DNA of 64,000 nt from Chloroflexota bacterium. Its GTDB lineage: Bacteria; Chloroflexota; Anaerolineae; Aggregatilineales; Phototrophicaceae. The DNA lies in the NCBI GenBank assembly GCA_026707745.1, contig JAPOWG010000098.1:4241-68240 (forward strand). Direction: 5' to 3'. Position numbers and translations under genes: made by a program. Below, piece by piece: positions 26,318 through 35,612 of this stretch. The stretch's first letter is position 1, and every line of letters begins with the position of its first letter. A model generated the notes under the pieces. It was not told the DNA's origin, did no database searches, and saw nothing but the letters and a program-made list of their open reading frames with translations.

Positions 26318-26749
26318 ATGAGTCTCTCGACGCAAAAACTCAAGGTTCTGATTCTGTGCACGGCGAATTCAGCGCGTTCACAGATGGCGGAAGGCTTGCT
26401 GCGAGAATTGGCAACGGACCGTGCGGATGTTTACAGCGCCGGCGCGAAGCCATCACGTGTCAATCCCTACGCCATTGCGGCGATGCGGGAGCGCGGAATT
26501 GATATTTCCGGCCAATCTTCGGATCACCTCAGCAAGTACCTGGCAAGGGAATTCGATTACGTCATCACCGTATGCGATAAGGCGGCCGAGACCTGTCCGG
26601 TCTTCCCGGGAGGGGCTGCCCGCATCCACTGGAGTTTCCCGGATCCGGCCGCAGTCAGCGGGGAAGACGACGACGTGCTGCGCTCGTTCATCAAGGTACG
26701 TGATGGCTTGGAACGTCGGCTCGGGGAATGGTTTTCATCGCTAGGCTAG
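26318..26749 (+). CDS. arsC: arsenate reductase, LMW-PTPase (thioredoxin-coupled) type
   Basis: VLILCTANSARSQMAEG P-loop (CX5R). A downstream Cys pair context (VCDKAAETCP) is also present. Confidence 0.85.
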   Translation: MSLSTQKLKVLILCTANSARSQMAEGLLRELATDRADVYSAGAKPSRVNPYAIAAMRERGIDISGQSSDHLSKYLAREFDYVITVCDKAAETCPVFPGGAARIHWSFPDPAAVSGEDDDVLRSFIKVRDGLERRLGEWFSSLG

Positions 26750-28014
26750 CGTGTATCAGTGGGCTCACGAGGGCTATCCAGGCTATTTTCTACAGGGCGG
26801 GTGGCTTCAGAGATCGCCGCGTTCGGCGATGGGAGGTTTGGCGCGGCGTTCAACCCTTTCAGCCGCCGTTCGGCGCTGATAGCGCTGCGCCTGGCGGCGC
26901 CAAATTCCGGATTCAATTGCAGCGCGTAGCGGAAGTCCGAGAGAGCTTCGTTCCACAAGCGCAATTGCTGCCTGGCCAAGCCCCGATTGTAAAAAGCCTC
27001 GTAGCGGTTGGCTTCAAGGTGGATCGATTGCTCGAAATCCGCGAGAGCTGAGCGGTAATCCTGGAGACGATAGCTGGCGCCGCCTCTCAGGTTATAGAGT
27101 TCGGCGCTATTTGGGAGCAGTTGGATCGCCTTGGTGCATTCGTCGCGCATGGCAACCCACTGGCCGAGTTGGGCATGGACCAGAGCAAGCAAGCGATAGC
27201 ATTTGAATTGATCCGGCTCGAGCCGCAGCGAGGTCTCAAGATCGCTGACGGCTTTTTCCGGTTCGCTGCGGTGAAAATAGCGCGCCGCCCCGCGGTTGTA
27301 GTAGGCAAGCGCGGAATCGGGACTCAAGCGAATGATGGATGTATAGGTCTCGATGGCCTGGGAAAAGATGCGCTCTGACATTTGCAGCTCGCCGAGCTGG
27401 AATAGCGTCGCGATGTCCGCGTCGAGCTCTTCGGTATCGTGGTCAAGCGCGAGCGAATCGAGGCGCTGCATCACGGACCAAAGCGTACCGGGAAAGGGCG
27501 TGCGACTGGTCAATTCGGCGATGCCAAGCGCGCTCGACAAACCCACGATCTCTTCCAGCTTTGGCGGCATACGACCGGCTAGCACTTGCTCTTCCAAAAC
27601 GAGCGGTTTGCCTCGGACATCAATCACGACTCTTACGAAGCAAGTCTCATCTTCTTTGCCTTGGGGCGGAATACGCTGAACGCCGGTCTTGAATCGAAAT
27701 GGCGGCTCCAGCAGAATGTCGTAGCCATGTCCCGTAATCGACAGCGCCTTATCGTCCATTCGCAATCGGACAATACGTTGCCTCTTGCTCAGTCTCCAGG
27801 CGCCCCAAACCAGCAACGTGAGAACGAGAACAGGTACCAACAGCAGCGCTTGCTGTTTAGCAATAGCCACGATGAGCGCGGCGATGCAGATAGCGAGAAT
27901 TGGCTTCAATGGCATTCCGCGCCGATTGATATCCCTTGTGAGCAGGAAGCCGCCTTCAATAGTGGCAGACGGTGGGCTGGGATCGCTTTGCATGACGTGA
28001 CACTTTGTTTGCAT
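26746..28014 (-). CDS. membrane-anchored TPR-repeat protein
   Basis: TM helices ILAICIAALIVAIAKQQALLLVPVLVLTLLVWGAW are followed by several TPR-like units (AYYNRGAARYF..., LYNLRGGASYRLQDYRSALADFEQSI..., AFYNRGLARQQL...). It overlaps the arsC stop by 4 nt, in convergent orientation. Confidence 0.7.
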   Translation of the reverse strand: MQTKCHVMQSDPSPPSATIEGGFLLTRDINRRGMPLKPILAICIAALIVAIAKQQALLLVPVLVLTLLVWGAWRLSKRQRIVRLRMDDKALSITGHGYDILLEPPFRFKTGVQRIPPQGKEDETCFVRVVIDVRGKPLVLEEQVLAGRMPPKLEEIVGLSSALGIAELTSRTPFPGTLWSVMQRLDSLALDHDTEELDADIATLFQLGELQMSERIFSQAIETYTSIIRLSPDSALAYYNRGAARYFHRSEPEKAVSDLETSLRLEPDQFKCYRLLALVHAQLGQWVAMRDECTKAIQLLPNSAELYNLRGGASYRLQDYRSALADFEQSIHLEANRYEAFYNRGLARQQLRLWNEALSDFRYALQLNPEFGAARRSAISAERRLKGLNAAPNLPSPNAAISEATRPVENSLDSPREPTDTR

Positions 28015-28017
28015 TCA

Positions 28018-28100
28018 CCTGCTATTGTACGCCGACGGATCTTGCGGACAATTCGAACAGCGCTGTAGCCCGAATTCGCCGGTTACGCGCCGAGCGGCTG
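28018..28100 (-). repeat. intergenic repeat family 1, the single inverted copy
   Basis: The reverse complement reads CAGCCGCTCGGCGCGTAACCGGCGAATTCGGGCTACAGCGCT.... This matches the 5' half of the other copies (compare 36766 and 21810). Confidence 0.7.
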
Positions 28101-28107
28101 TTTGAAC

Positions 28108-29409
28108 CTAGTTGACGAGCCCCTTTTCCGCGGCGCTGATCTTGATCACCAGCGGATTGGGCCATTTTTGATTATTGTAAAGCCGCTGTGTCCGGCAATA
28201 GGAAATCTCGAGGACGCGATCATGTTGTGTCCAGCGCGCCGACGGGTTAACCTCCGGGCGGTATTCGAGCACCCGCCCGGACTGCCCTAATACTTCGATA
28301 TCCGTCTGTTCTGTGGCGCGCACACTCCTCAGGTATATCGTCCGCCATTCACCCAGATCCAGCGCGGGTCCCCTATCAAATGCGTAAACGATCCCTTCAG
28401 CTTCATTCCAAGTGTAAAATACAGGGTCTTCGCGAGTGATATGCCAGGGACGAACTTTCCGAATGGACTCGCCGTTCACGAAATTCCAGAGGCCGATTTC
28501 ACGAACGCGATTATCCATGTGGCGCGGTAGCAATCCGTCCGCATCGGGACCGCCCACCGCCAATAATAGCGCCCCGCCGCGGGAACGAATGTCGATCAGC
28601 AGTTCGATCAGTTCTCGGCCGGTCTTCAGGCGGTCGTTGCCCGCCTTGTATTGCCATTGTGTGCCTATCGTGTAGTGCGCTTCAAAGGGACCGCGAAGGT
28701 CTTCGCGGCGTTCTTGCTCTGGCGTGACAATGCCGCCTCTGGTGATCATAAGGTCCGGGCGCAGGCGCCAACTGTATTCTACAAGGGAGCGTGTCGCATC
28801 GCGGTATCCGTCAAAACAGAGTATATCCGGCTCGTACCTTTCCAGCAGTTCGCGGATCTGCGCCTTATCGTATGCAAGAAGCTCGGGATTATGCTCGGGA
28901 TTGGCGTAATCCAGGGCGCGCGCCGGAATTTTGCCACGCCCCCATTGGAACCAGGCGTCGTCGGGAGAAAAGTACATGCCAACCGCCAGGTCATTTTCTC
29001 GAAGCGCCGTCACATATTCGCCGACGATATCCCTGCCGAAGGGCGTATTCATGACATTGAAGTCGGTCGTGGCCGTGTTCCACATGCAGAAACCATTGTG
29101 ATTCTTGGCCGCAATTGTCACATAGTCGAAACCGCAGAGCTTCGCCAGCCTGGCGTACCAACGCGCGTCGAAGTCTCTCGGATCAAAAAACGCGGGCAGC
29201 TGCGTGAAATAGTGTCTCAAGTAGTCGCGGGAGGCGCCGATGGTCGAATGGGCGTTGACCATGCCGAAGACCGCGTCAACGGTCCAATACAGGTACATGC
29301 CTATCGCCATATCCTGATACCAGGCAAGGCGCTCGGGGCGATTGGTCAACTTGGTGTAAACGCCTTGAGAAGCGCGATCTTGTTCTCTGTCCAAAGATTG
29401 GCTCATCAC
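28108..29409 (-). CDS. alpha-L-fucosidase (GH29)
   Basis: MAIGMYLYWT..., YVTIAAKNHNGFCMWNTATTDFNVMNTPFGRDIVGEY and MYFSPDDAW are GH29-like blocks. No signal peptide. Confidence 0.8.
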   Translation of the reverse strand: MMSQSLDREQDRASQGVYTKLTNRPERLAWYQDMAIGMYLYWTVDAVFGMVNAHSTIGASRDYLRHYFTQLPAFFDPRDFDARWYARLAKLCGFDYVTIAAKNHNGFCMWNTATTDFNVMNTPFGRDIVGEYVTALRENDLAVGMYFSPDDAWFQWGRGKIPARALDYANPEHNPELLAYDKAQIRELLERYEPDILCFDGYRDATRSLVEYSWRLRPDLMITRGGIVTPEQERREDLRGPFEAHYTIGTQWQYKAGNDRLKTGRELIELLIDIRSRGGALLLAVGGPDADGLLPRHMDNRVREIGLWNFVNGESIRKVRPWHITREDPVFYTWNEAEGIVYAFDRGPALDLGEWRTIYLRSVRATEQTDIEVLGQSGRVLEYRPEVNPSARWTQHDRVLEISYCRTQRLYNNQKWPNPLVIKISAAEKGLVN

Positions 29410-29483
29410 TGCGCTCGCTTTGGGATCAGTTGGGCGGGGCTTTTGATATTGTAACCAAGCTGACCGCGGGAATACGAATGTTG

Positions 29484-29611
29484 TCCGATGTTGGCGCAGG
29501 GCAATCGCTTCGAATCAAAATTCCGCCGAGCGGTTACATTGGCGTGATTTTAGGGGACGAATGGCGAAAATTGATTTTGAAGTGATTACTCTGTATCCGA
29601 CGTTGGCGCAG
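29484..29611. promoter_or_regulatory. pair of 16-nt direct repeats in the divergent fucosidase/GH2 control region (candidate operator sites)
   Basis: TCCGATGTTGGCGCAG (29484-29499) and TCCGACGTTGGCGCAG (29596-29611) match at 15 of 16 positions and lie 112 nt apart. They sit inside the 287-nt divergent intergenic region. Confidence 0.35.
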
Positions 29612-29696
29612 TGTGCGTTGGGAGTCGTTATAAGGTATCTTATCCAGAGACAATGCTCGAAATCTCGATTGGTAGATATCAATTTAGGAGCAGAAA

Positions 29697-32273
29697 ATGA
29701 ATCATGACTCTAGAAACTCGGATTCCGACCAGACAGAGCGCCTTGCACTTAAGTCATTAGATGAGATTGAGCGCGAGGAATTTGCGCCTCGGTACACGCC
29801 CTGGGATGATGAAGCGGAATTGGTAGCCTTGGACGATTCGCCTGTTGCCCATCCGCAAGGGATAGAAGTTCTGTCACTTGACGGCCCCTGGCAGTTGGCG
29901 GAAGGCGGCAAACTTGCTGATCGGCTCGGCGGACAGTGGAGCGATGCAATCCCGGCAAATGTTCCCGGCAGCGTGCATACGGCATTGGTTGAGGCTGGCA
30001 TCATTCCCGATCCAACATTTGGGCTTAACCAGGCAATTGCGCGCCAGGAGAGCTTCAAGACCTGGTGGATGCGCTGTGAATTCCAACGCCCGGCTAACCT
30101 CAGAGGTGATGCGCTCATGTTTGAGGGCGTCGCTAACCGCTGCACAGTCTGGCTCAACGGAAAGATGCTGGGGGGCCACGAGGGCATGTTCGGCGGTCCC
30201 GACTTTGATATCGCCGGACTCCTGGGGGAGGACAATACGCTGGTCGTTCGGCTCGAACCCATACCGTTCGAATCGTGGAATCCCAGCGGCACCAACCCGG
30301 ACAACAACGGGAGTTGGATGGGTACGGTGGTATTCAACAACGTCTACGGATGGCACTATTCGAATTTGCCCTCGCTGGGCATTTGGCGGTCGGTGTCGAT
30401 ACGGGACAAGCCGCCAGTGCGACTGGAGCATCCATTTGCCAAAACGGTAGATGCTCAAGCCGGGATTGTTGAGCTCGCGCTTCAGTTTATCGGTAAGTCC
30501 GACCGATGGTCGGGAACGCTTTCCGGCAGCGTCGAACCGGAAGACTTCGCTGGGACGCAATACAGTTTCGTAATCCCGGTCGAGTCTGACACGGGCGAGT
30601 TAAAGAAGTCTTTGCGATTCGGGGTACCCGATCCCAAATTATGGTGGCCGGTTGACATGGGAGATCAAAATCTCTATCGGGTCACCTTGTCATTTTTGCC
30701 TGACGGTGGTGGAGAGGCGGACGTTCATTCCTTCACGCTTGGATTGCGTACGATTGCGATGGCGCCCCTGCCACCGGGACCGCAGCCGGATCTGTACAAT
30801 TGGACCTTCCTCATCAACGGCGAGCCAATGTTCATCAAGGGCAGCAATTGGTGCACGCTTGATCCGCTGATGGATTTTCGCCGGGAACGTTATGAGCGAT
30901 TCATCAAGCTGGCGGCCATGCAGCACATACAGATGCTGCGCCCCTGGGGAAGCGGCATGCCGGAAACCGACGATTTCTACGATCTTTGCGACCGCTACGG
31001 CATCTTGGTGATGCAAGAGTGGCCAACGGCCTGGAACAGCCACGTAACGCAGCCATACGGCATGCTGGAAGAGACCGTGCAACGCAATACCCTGCGCATG
31101 CGCAATCATCCCTCGCTGGCGATGTACGGCGCCGGCAACGAATCGGGTCAGCCTTTCGGACCGGCAATCGACATGATGGGCCGCTTAAGCATTGAACTGG
31201 ATGATACGCGACCCTATCACCGCGCAGAGCCCTGGGGTGGAAGCCTGCACAATTACAACTGTTATTGGCAACGCCAGCACCTTGATCACAACCTGAATAT
31301 GACTTCGATCTTTTTCGGCGAATTCGGCTTGGCCTGCAGCCCGGTCTATGAATCCGTGCAACGCTACCTGCCGGAAGACGAGGTGAACCTGTGGCCGCCG
31401 CGCGAGGACGGCGCTTTTGCCTACCATACGGCCGTCTTCAACAAGTACGAAGGCGTTTCTCGTTTGATGCAATATGCAAACTATTTTGTGCCGGAAGATT
31501 GTACAGCAGAAGACTACACCGTCGGTTCTCAATTGTCGCAGGCGGTGGGCATTCGGCATACGCTGGAGCGCGCGCGTTGCCGCTGGCCAGAGAGCACGGG
31601 CGCCCTCTATTACAAGTTGACGGACAATTATCCGGCGGCGTCATGGGCCTGCGTTGACTGGTATGGCGCGCCAAAAATCGGCCACTACTTTTTCCAGGAC
31701 GCCTTTGCCCCTCTGCATGCCTGTGTGCTGTTCAACAGCCTGAACAACATGGGAACACCTTTGGACTTGCCGGTCTATCTCTTGGATGACGCGTCCGAAC
31801 TGGCAAATGCTTCGTGGCAAGTGCTTGTCCGAGCCTATAACGGGGGATTGCAGTTGATTAAGAGCGCGGGCTTTGAGGGTCGGGGCCCCGTGACAAGTCC
31901 GCATGCGCTCGGCGATTTCAGCTTGAGTTACGAGCAGACGGATACAGTCCCGCTATTTGTGGTAGCGGAAGTGTGGAAAGACAAGACGCTCGCGGATCGC
32001 ACCTTCTATTTCGTCAATTACGAGGCGGTAAAGGGCAGCCTGTTTAACCTGCCGCAGAGCGCCTTGCGTCTGGAGGTTGATGGGAGCAAGGCCATCGTCT
32101 CCAACACGAGCTCGCTGCCCGCGGTGGCCGTCCATGTCTCGCGGCCCGGGCATCTCGATATCTTTGAAGTATCCGACAATTACTTTTGGCTGGATGCCGG
32201 CGAAAGCGCAACGCTTGAGGTCAATAGCGCTAATGGGCTGACAGTTGGAGCGTGGAATGCAAGCGCGCGATAG
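29697..32273 (+). CDS. glycoside hydrolase family 2 protein (beta-mannosidase / exo-beta-glucosaminidase-like)
   Basis: 858 aa. VPGSVHTAL...IPDP, WLNG..LG.H.GMF, acid/base context GAGNESG, and nucleophile context FFGEFGL. No signal peptide. AGGAG lies 8 nt upstream of the ATG. Confidence 0.82.
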   Translation: MNHDSRNSDSDQTERLALKSLDEIEREEFAPRYTPWDDEAELVALDDSPVAHPQGIEVLSLDGPWQLAEGGKLADRLGGQWSDAIPANVPGSVHTALVEAGIIPDPTFGLNQAIARQESFKTWWMRCEFQRPANLRGDALMFEGVANRCTVWLNGKMLGGHEGMFGGPDFDIAGLLGEDNTLVVRLEPIPFESWNPSGTNPDNNGSWMGTVVFNNVYGWHYSNLPSLGIWRSVSIRDKPPVRLEHPFAKTVDAQAGIVELALQFIGKSDRWSGTLSGSVEPEDFAGTQYSFVIPVESDTGELKKSLRFGVPDPKLWWPVDMGDQNLYRVTLSFLPDGGGEADVHSFTLGLRTIAMAPLPPGPQPDLYNWTFLINGEPMFIKGSNWCTLDPLMDFRRERYERFIKLAAMQHIQMLRPWGSGMPETDDFYDLCDRYGILVMQEWPTAWNSHVTQPYGMLEETVQRNTLRMRNHPSLAMYGAGNESGQPFGPAIDMMGRLSIELDDTRPYHRAEPWGGSLHNYNCYWQRQHLDHNLNMTSIFFGEFGLACSPVYESVQRYLPEDEVNLWPPREDGAFAYHTAVFNKYEGVSRLMQYANYFVPEDCTAEDYTVGSQLSQAVGIRHTLERARCRWPESTGALYYKLTDNYPAASWACVDWYGAPKIGHYFFQDAFAPLHACVLFNSLNNMGTPLDLPVYLLDDASELANASWQVLVRAYNGGLQLIKSAGFEGRGPVTSPHALGDFSLSYEQTDTVPLFVVAEVWKDKTLADRTFYFVNYEAVKGSLFNLPQSALRLEVDGSKAIVSNTSSLPAVAVHVSRPGHLDIFEVSDNYFWLDAGESATLEVNSANGLTVGAWNASAR

Positions 32274-32347
32274 CCGGGCTAATCCGGAACGCTTAGCAAT
32301 TCAGCAGGAAATTGGCACCGCGCGACACAGGCGTCATTGACCGGAAA

Positions 32348-32382
32348 AAGAGGAGGGCTGGGGATTCCCCAGCCCTCCTCTT
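32348..32382. terminator. strong bidirectional terminator hairpin between the convergent GH2 and binding-protein genes
   Basis: GAGGAGGGCTGGGG-ATT-CCCCAGCCCTCCTC (about 14 bp perfect). It is flanked by AAAAA on the left, which gives a U-tract for the minus-strand transcript, and by TT on the right. Confidence 0.75.
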
Positions 32383-32410
32383 GACTGTCTTGGTTACCGC
32401 GCGCCCTTAG

Positions 32411-34288
32411 TTAGCAGTCAGGCATCATGTAGATCAACTTGTGGCTCGACCAGGATCCGTGATGGAAAGGACCATCGGGCACGTTCCCGATGCAATTTGA
32501 CCACATGTGGACGATACCCGGACTCTCTACATGGGTGAAGAAAGGCACGTTGTCGTAGAGCCAGGCGTCGCGGGCGGCGGAGGCGGCGATGAAGCCCTCG
32601 CTGCCGGGCGGGTGGCTCACCAGATCTTCGTGGATGGCGTATAGTTCCATGATCCAATCCGGCGGTTCCTCGCCCGTTTCGTTATCCGCATACCATTGTC
32701 CCCATAGCGGGCCCCAATTGTAGTTCGGTATGTAATCCGGGAAGGTGTGCGCGGCGAAGAGCGGCGCCGTATTCCAATTGATCCCCGCTTGCATCTCGTT
32801 TGAGGCGCGGCGTTCGCCGAGCAAGGCGCTATCGATATTGCGGAAGTCGGCGTTGATGCCGACATCGTCCAGGTAATCCACGAAGAAGGGAGCGGGGTCG
32901 GAATAATCGCCCCCGCCGGCGCCAACTTCGATCATGATCGAGAAGGGCTGGCCGCTCGGCGACAGGCGATAGCCATCGGCATCGCGTTCGGTCATGCCCA
33001 TCTCATCAAGCAGCGCGTTAGCGGCGTCGACATCGTAGTCGCTGGGCGCGATTGTCGGCAGACTGGCTTGGCCAAAGTAGATGGCATTGATCAGGTCTTC
33101 ACTGTCAATCGCCAGCATCACCGCATTGCGGAAGCGTTTGTCCCAAGTGACTTCGCGCCATGTCGGGTCATCAAAGGTGAGATTGATGTGGAACATGCGC
33201 GAGTCTTTATTGGGATAGACGTGGGTGATGTAGTTGCCGTTCTCCTCGTTTTCGATGAAAAGCGGCAAGTTCGCCAGACTAGTTGTCCAGAAGTAGTGGA
33301 CGTCGCCGGCGAACATCATCAATTCGGCGGTTTCCATGATCCCCCATTGATTGATGACGGCGCGGCGTCCATCGAGATAGGGCAGTTGATTGCCATCGGC
33401 ATCGACGGCGAAGTAATAGGGATTGCGCTGGGTCACCACTTCTTCTTCCGGACCTTCGACGCGGACCCAGGGGCCCAATTGCGGGAAGCCGATGGCCGCC
33501 AGGCTGTTCTCCGACCAGCCGCTGACATCCTTCTGGTTGAAGTGTTCAAACCAGCCGGCCAGGCCGCCTTCTTCGACCGCAGCGGCGATTTCATCGGCAT
33601 CGCCAAATTCGGTATGGTATTGAGCCAGGAAGTGTTTGGGCTTGATGATGTCGAGGTAGCCAGTACCCAGGCTCACCAAACTGGCGGCAAAACCAGGATA
33701 GGGTCCGTCGAATACGAACTTGAAGGTGGTATCGTCCACGATCTCGAGCGTTGCCGGCGCGCCGGTGGGCACGTTGCCGCTGCGCAAATAGGTTGGTACC
33801 GAGGGGCGCAATTCCTCATTGCTGATCACGTCTTCGTAGGCGAAGCGCACGTCCTCAGTTGTGACGGGCGCGCCATCGGACCATTTGTGCCCGGCGCGCA
33901 GCTTGAAGGTGTATTCGCTGGCATCGTCGCTGATGGTGAATTCTTCAATGACATTTGGCGCCAGCGTGTTGTCATCACGGTTCTGCGTATTGAAGAGCGT
34001 TTCTTTCATGACCACGTTGTTTTGCCAGGTCATGAGGAGCTCGCCACCGTAGACGCCGATTTCCGGCACGACGAATGACTCGGGCAGCAGGACGCCACTA
34101 GACAGAACCAGCGGGTTATCCGGCAAACGGTCGCAGACGCCGGGCAAGTCGCCGGCGGCGACCATCTCCGCCAGCATAGGCGCTTCGTTGTACATACAGT
34201 CCTGCGCAGCGCCGGAGAGCGCGCCTGGCCCGACGACCATTGCGCAGGCAATCAAAAGTAGTATCAATTTACGGAAAGAGATTGACAT
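32411..34288 (-). CDS. ABC transporter substrate-binding protein, family 5 (Opp/Dpp-type; probably oligosaccharide-binding here)
   Basis: The ATG at 34288 (MSISFRKLILLLIACAMVVGPGALSGAAQ) is preceded by AAGGAGAAG. About 625 aa with family-5 SBP features. The track ORF extends to 34351. Confidence 0.85.
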   Translation of the reverse strand: MSISFRKLILLLIACAMVVGPGALSGAAQDCMYNEAPMLAEMVAAGDLPGVCDRLPDNPLVLSSGVLLPESFVVPEIGVYGGELLMTWQNNVVMKETLFNTQNRDDNTLAPNVIEEFTISDDASEYTFKLRAGHKWSDGAPVTTEDVRFAYEDVISNEELRPSVPTYLRSGNVPTGAPATLEIVDDTTFKFVFDGPYPGFAASLVSLGTGYLDIIKPKHFLAQYHTEFGDADEIAAAVEEGGLAGWFEHFNQKDVSGWSENSLAAIGFPQLGPWVRVEGPEEEVVTQRNPYYFAVDADGNQLPYLDGRRAVINQWGIMETAELMMFAGDVHYFWTTSLANLPLFIENEENGNYITHVYPNKDSRMFHINLTFDDPTWREVTWDKRFRNAVMLAIDSEDLINAIYFGQASLPTIAPSDYDVDAANALLDEMGMTERDADGYRLSPSGQPFSIMIEVGAGGGDYSDPAPFFVDYLDDVGINADFRNIDSALLGERRASNEMQAGINWNTAPLFAAHTFPDYIPNYNWGPLWGQWYADNETGEEPPDWIMELYAIHEDLVSHPPGSEGFIAASAARDAWLYDNVPFFTHVESPGIVHMWSNCIGNVPDGPFHHGSWSSHKLIYMMPDC

Positions 34289-34435
34289 TTTCTTCTCCTT
34301 TAACGGAAATTCTGCACACTCAAAAAAAAGGATGCTACAGTCAGCCCACAAATGTGCCTTTGCAGGTCATGTGTGCTATTATCCTTAATGAGACGCTGCA
34401 AGTCAAATTGTTTAACAGCTTGGTGGTTCAGTTTA

Positions 34436-34534
34436 GCCGCTCGGCGGCGGGGAAAAGGTCACGGGAATGTCTCGCTCACGCAAAATCGTAAGCCGTTTCG
34501 TCGCATGAGCGACGCGGTTTGCGTAAAGAGGAGC
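34436..34534 (+). repeat. intergenic repeat family 1, subtype B copy
   Basis: GCCGCTCGGCGGCGGGGAAAAGGTCACGGGAATGTCTCGCTCACGCAAAATCGTAAGCCGTTTCGTCGCATGAGCGACGCGGTTTGCGTAAAGAGGAGC. Confidence 0.85.
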
Positions 34535-34564
34535 GCAAGGCGAGCCATCAGCCGGGAGAAATAA

Positions 34565-35569
34565 ATGCTTTACATAATTGTGCGCCGGATTTTTATTCTT
34601 ATTCCTATGCTGGTCCTGCTGTCGATGATCTCTTTCATCATTATCCAGCTCCCCCCCGGCGACTATCTGAGCAGCTATGTTTTGAGACTGGAAAGTCAAG
34701 GTCTGATCGTTGACGAAGCCGAGATTGCACGCCTCGAACAGCGTTACGGCTTGGGCCAGCCGCTGACCACACAGTATTTCCGCTGGATGCGCAACTTCAT
34801 CGTCAATGGCGATCTGGGAAGGTCCTTTGGATCCTACGGCAGCAGCTACGACAACAAGCCGGTTTCCGACATCATTATGGAGCGGCTGCCGGCGACGATG
34901 ATCATTTCGATCGTTTCGACGATCGTCGTCTGGGCGATCGCTATCCCCATCGGCATTTATTCGGCCACGCATCAGTATTCACTCATGGATTATCTGTCGA
35001 TCTTCATCGGCTTTATCGGCTTGGCTATCCCCAATTTTCTCTTCGCAATCATCATCATGTGGATCGTCTTCGCGCAGACCGGCCATGCCGTCACTGGCTT
35101 GTTTTCACTGGAATACCGCCACGCGCCCTGGTCGATCGCCAAGATCATTGACATGTTGAAGAATGTCTGGGTGCCGGTGCTGGTGCTGGCCACGGCGGGA
35201 ACGGCGGGCTTGATCCGCGTGATGCGCGCCAATTTGCTGGACGAACTGAACAAGCAATATGTGGTCACGGCGCGGGCGAAGGGCTTGAGCGAAAGGCGGC
35301 TGCTGTGGAAATATCCGGTGCGCATCGCCTTCAATCCCATCTTCAGCACGATTGGCTGGCTGCTGCCGGCGATGGTCGGCGGGGAAGCCCTGGTGTCCAT
35401 TATTCTCAACTTGCAGACCATCGGACCCGTGCTGCTGACAGCTGTCTTGCGACAGGATATGTATCTGGCGGGCAGCATCATTATGATCCTCAGCGCCTTG
35501 ACGCTGATCGGAACGCTGATTTCCGATATTGCGTTAGTCTGGCTTGATCCGCGGATTCGTTATGACTGA
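34565..35569 (+). CDS. ABC transporter permease (OppB/DppB-like)
   Basis: MLYIIVRRIFILIPMLVLLSMISFIIIQLPPGDY... and the EAA-like region YVVTARAKGLSERRLLWKYPVRIAFNP. Confidence 0.9.
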   Translation: MLYIIVRRIFILIPMLVLLSMISFIIIQLPPGDYLSSYVLRLESQGLIVDEAEIARLEQRYGLGQPLTTQYFRWMRNFIVNGDLGRSFGSYGSSYDNKPVSDIIMERLPATMIISIVSTIVVWAIAIPIGIYSATHQYSLMDYLSIFIGFIGLAIPNFLFAIIIMWIVFAQTGHAVTGLFSLEYRHAPWSIAKIIDMLKNVWVPVLVLATAGTAGLIRVMRANLLDELNKQYVVTARAKGLSERRLLWKYPVRIAFNPIFSTIGWLLPAMVGGEALVSIILNLQTIGPVLLTAVLRQDMYLAGSIIMILSALTLIGTLISDIALVWLDPRIRYD

Positions 35570-35612
35570 GGCCTTGTGAGCCGATTGTCAAAGAAGAGTA
35601 TTGAGTTAAGGA

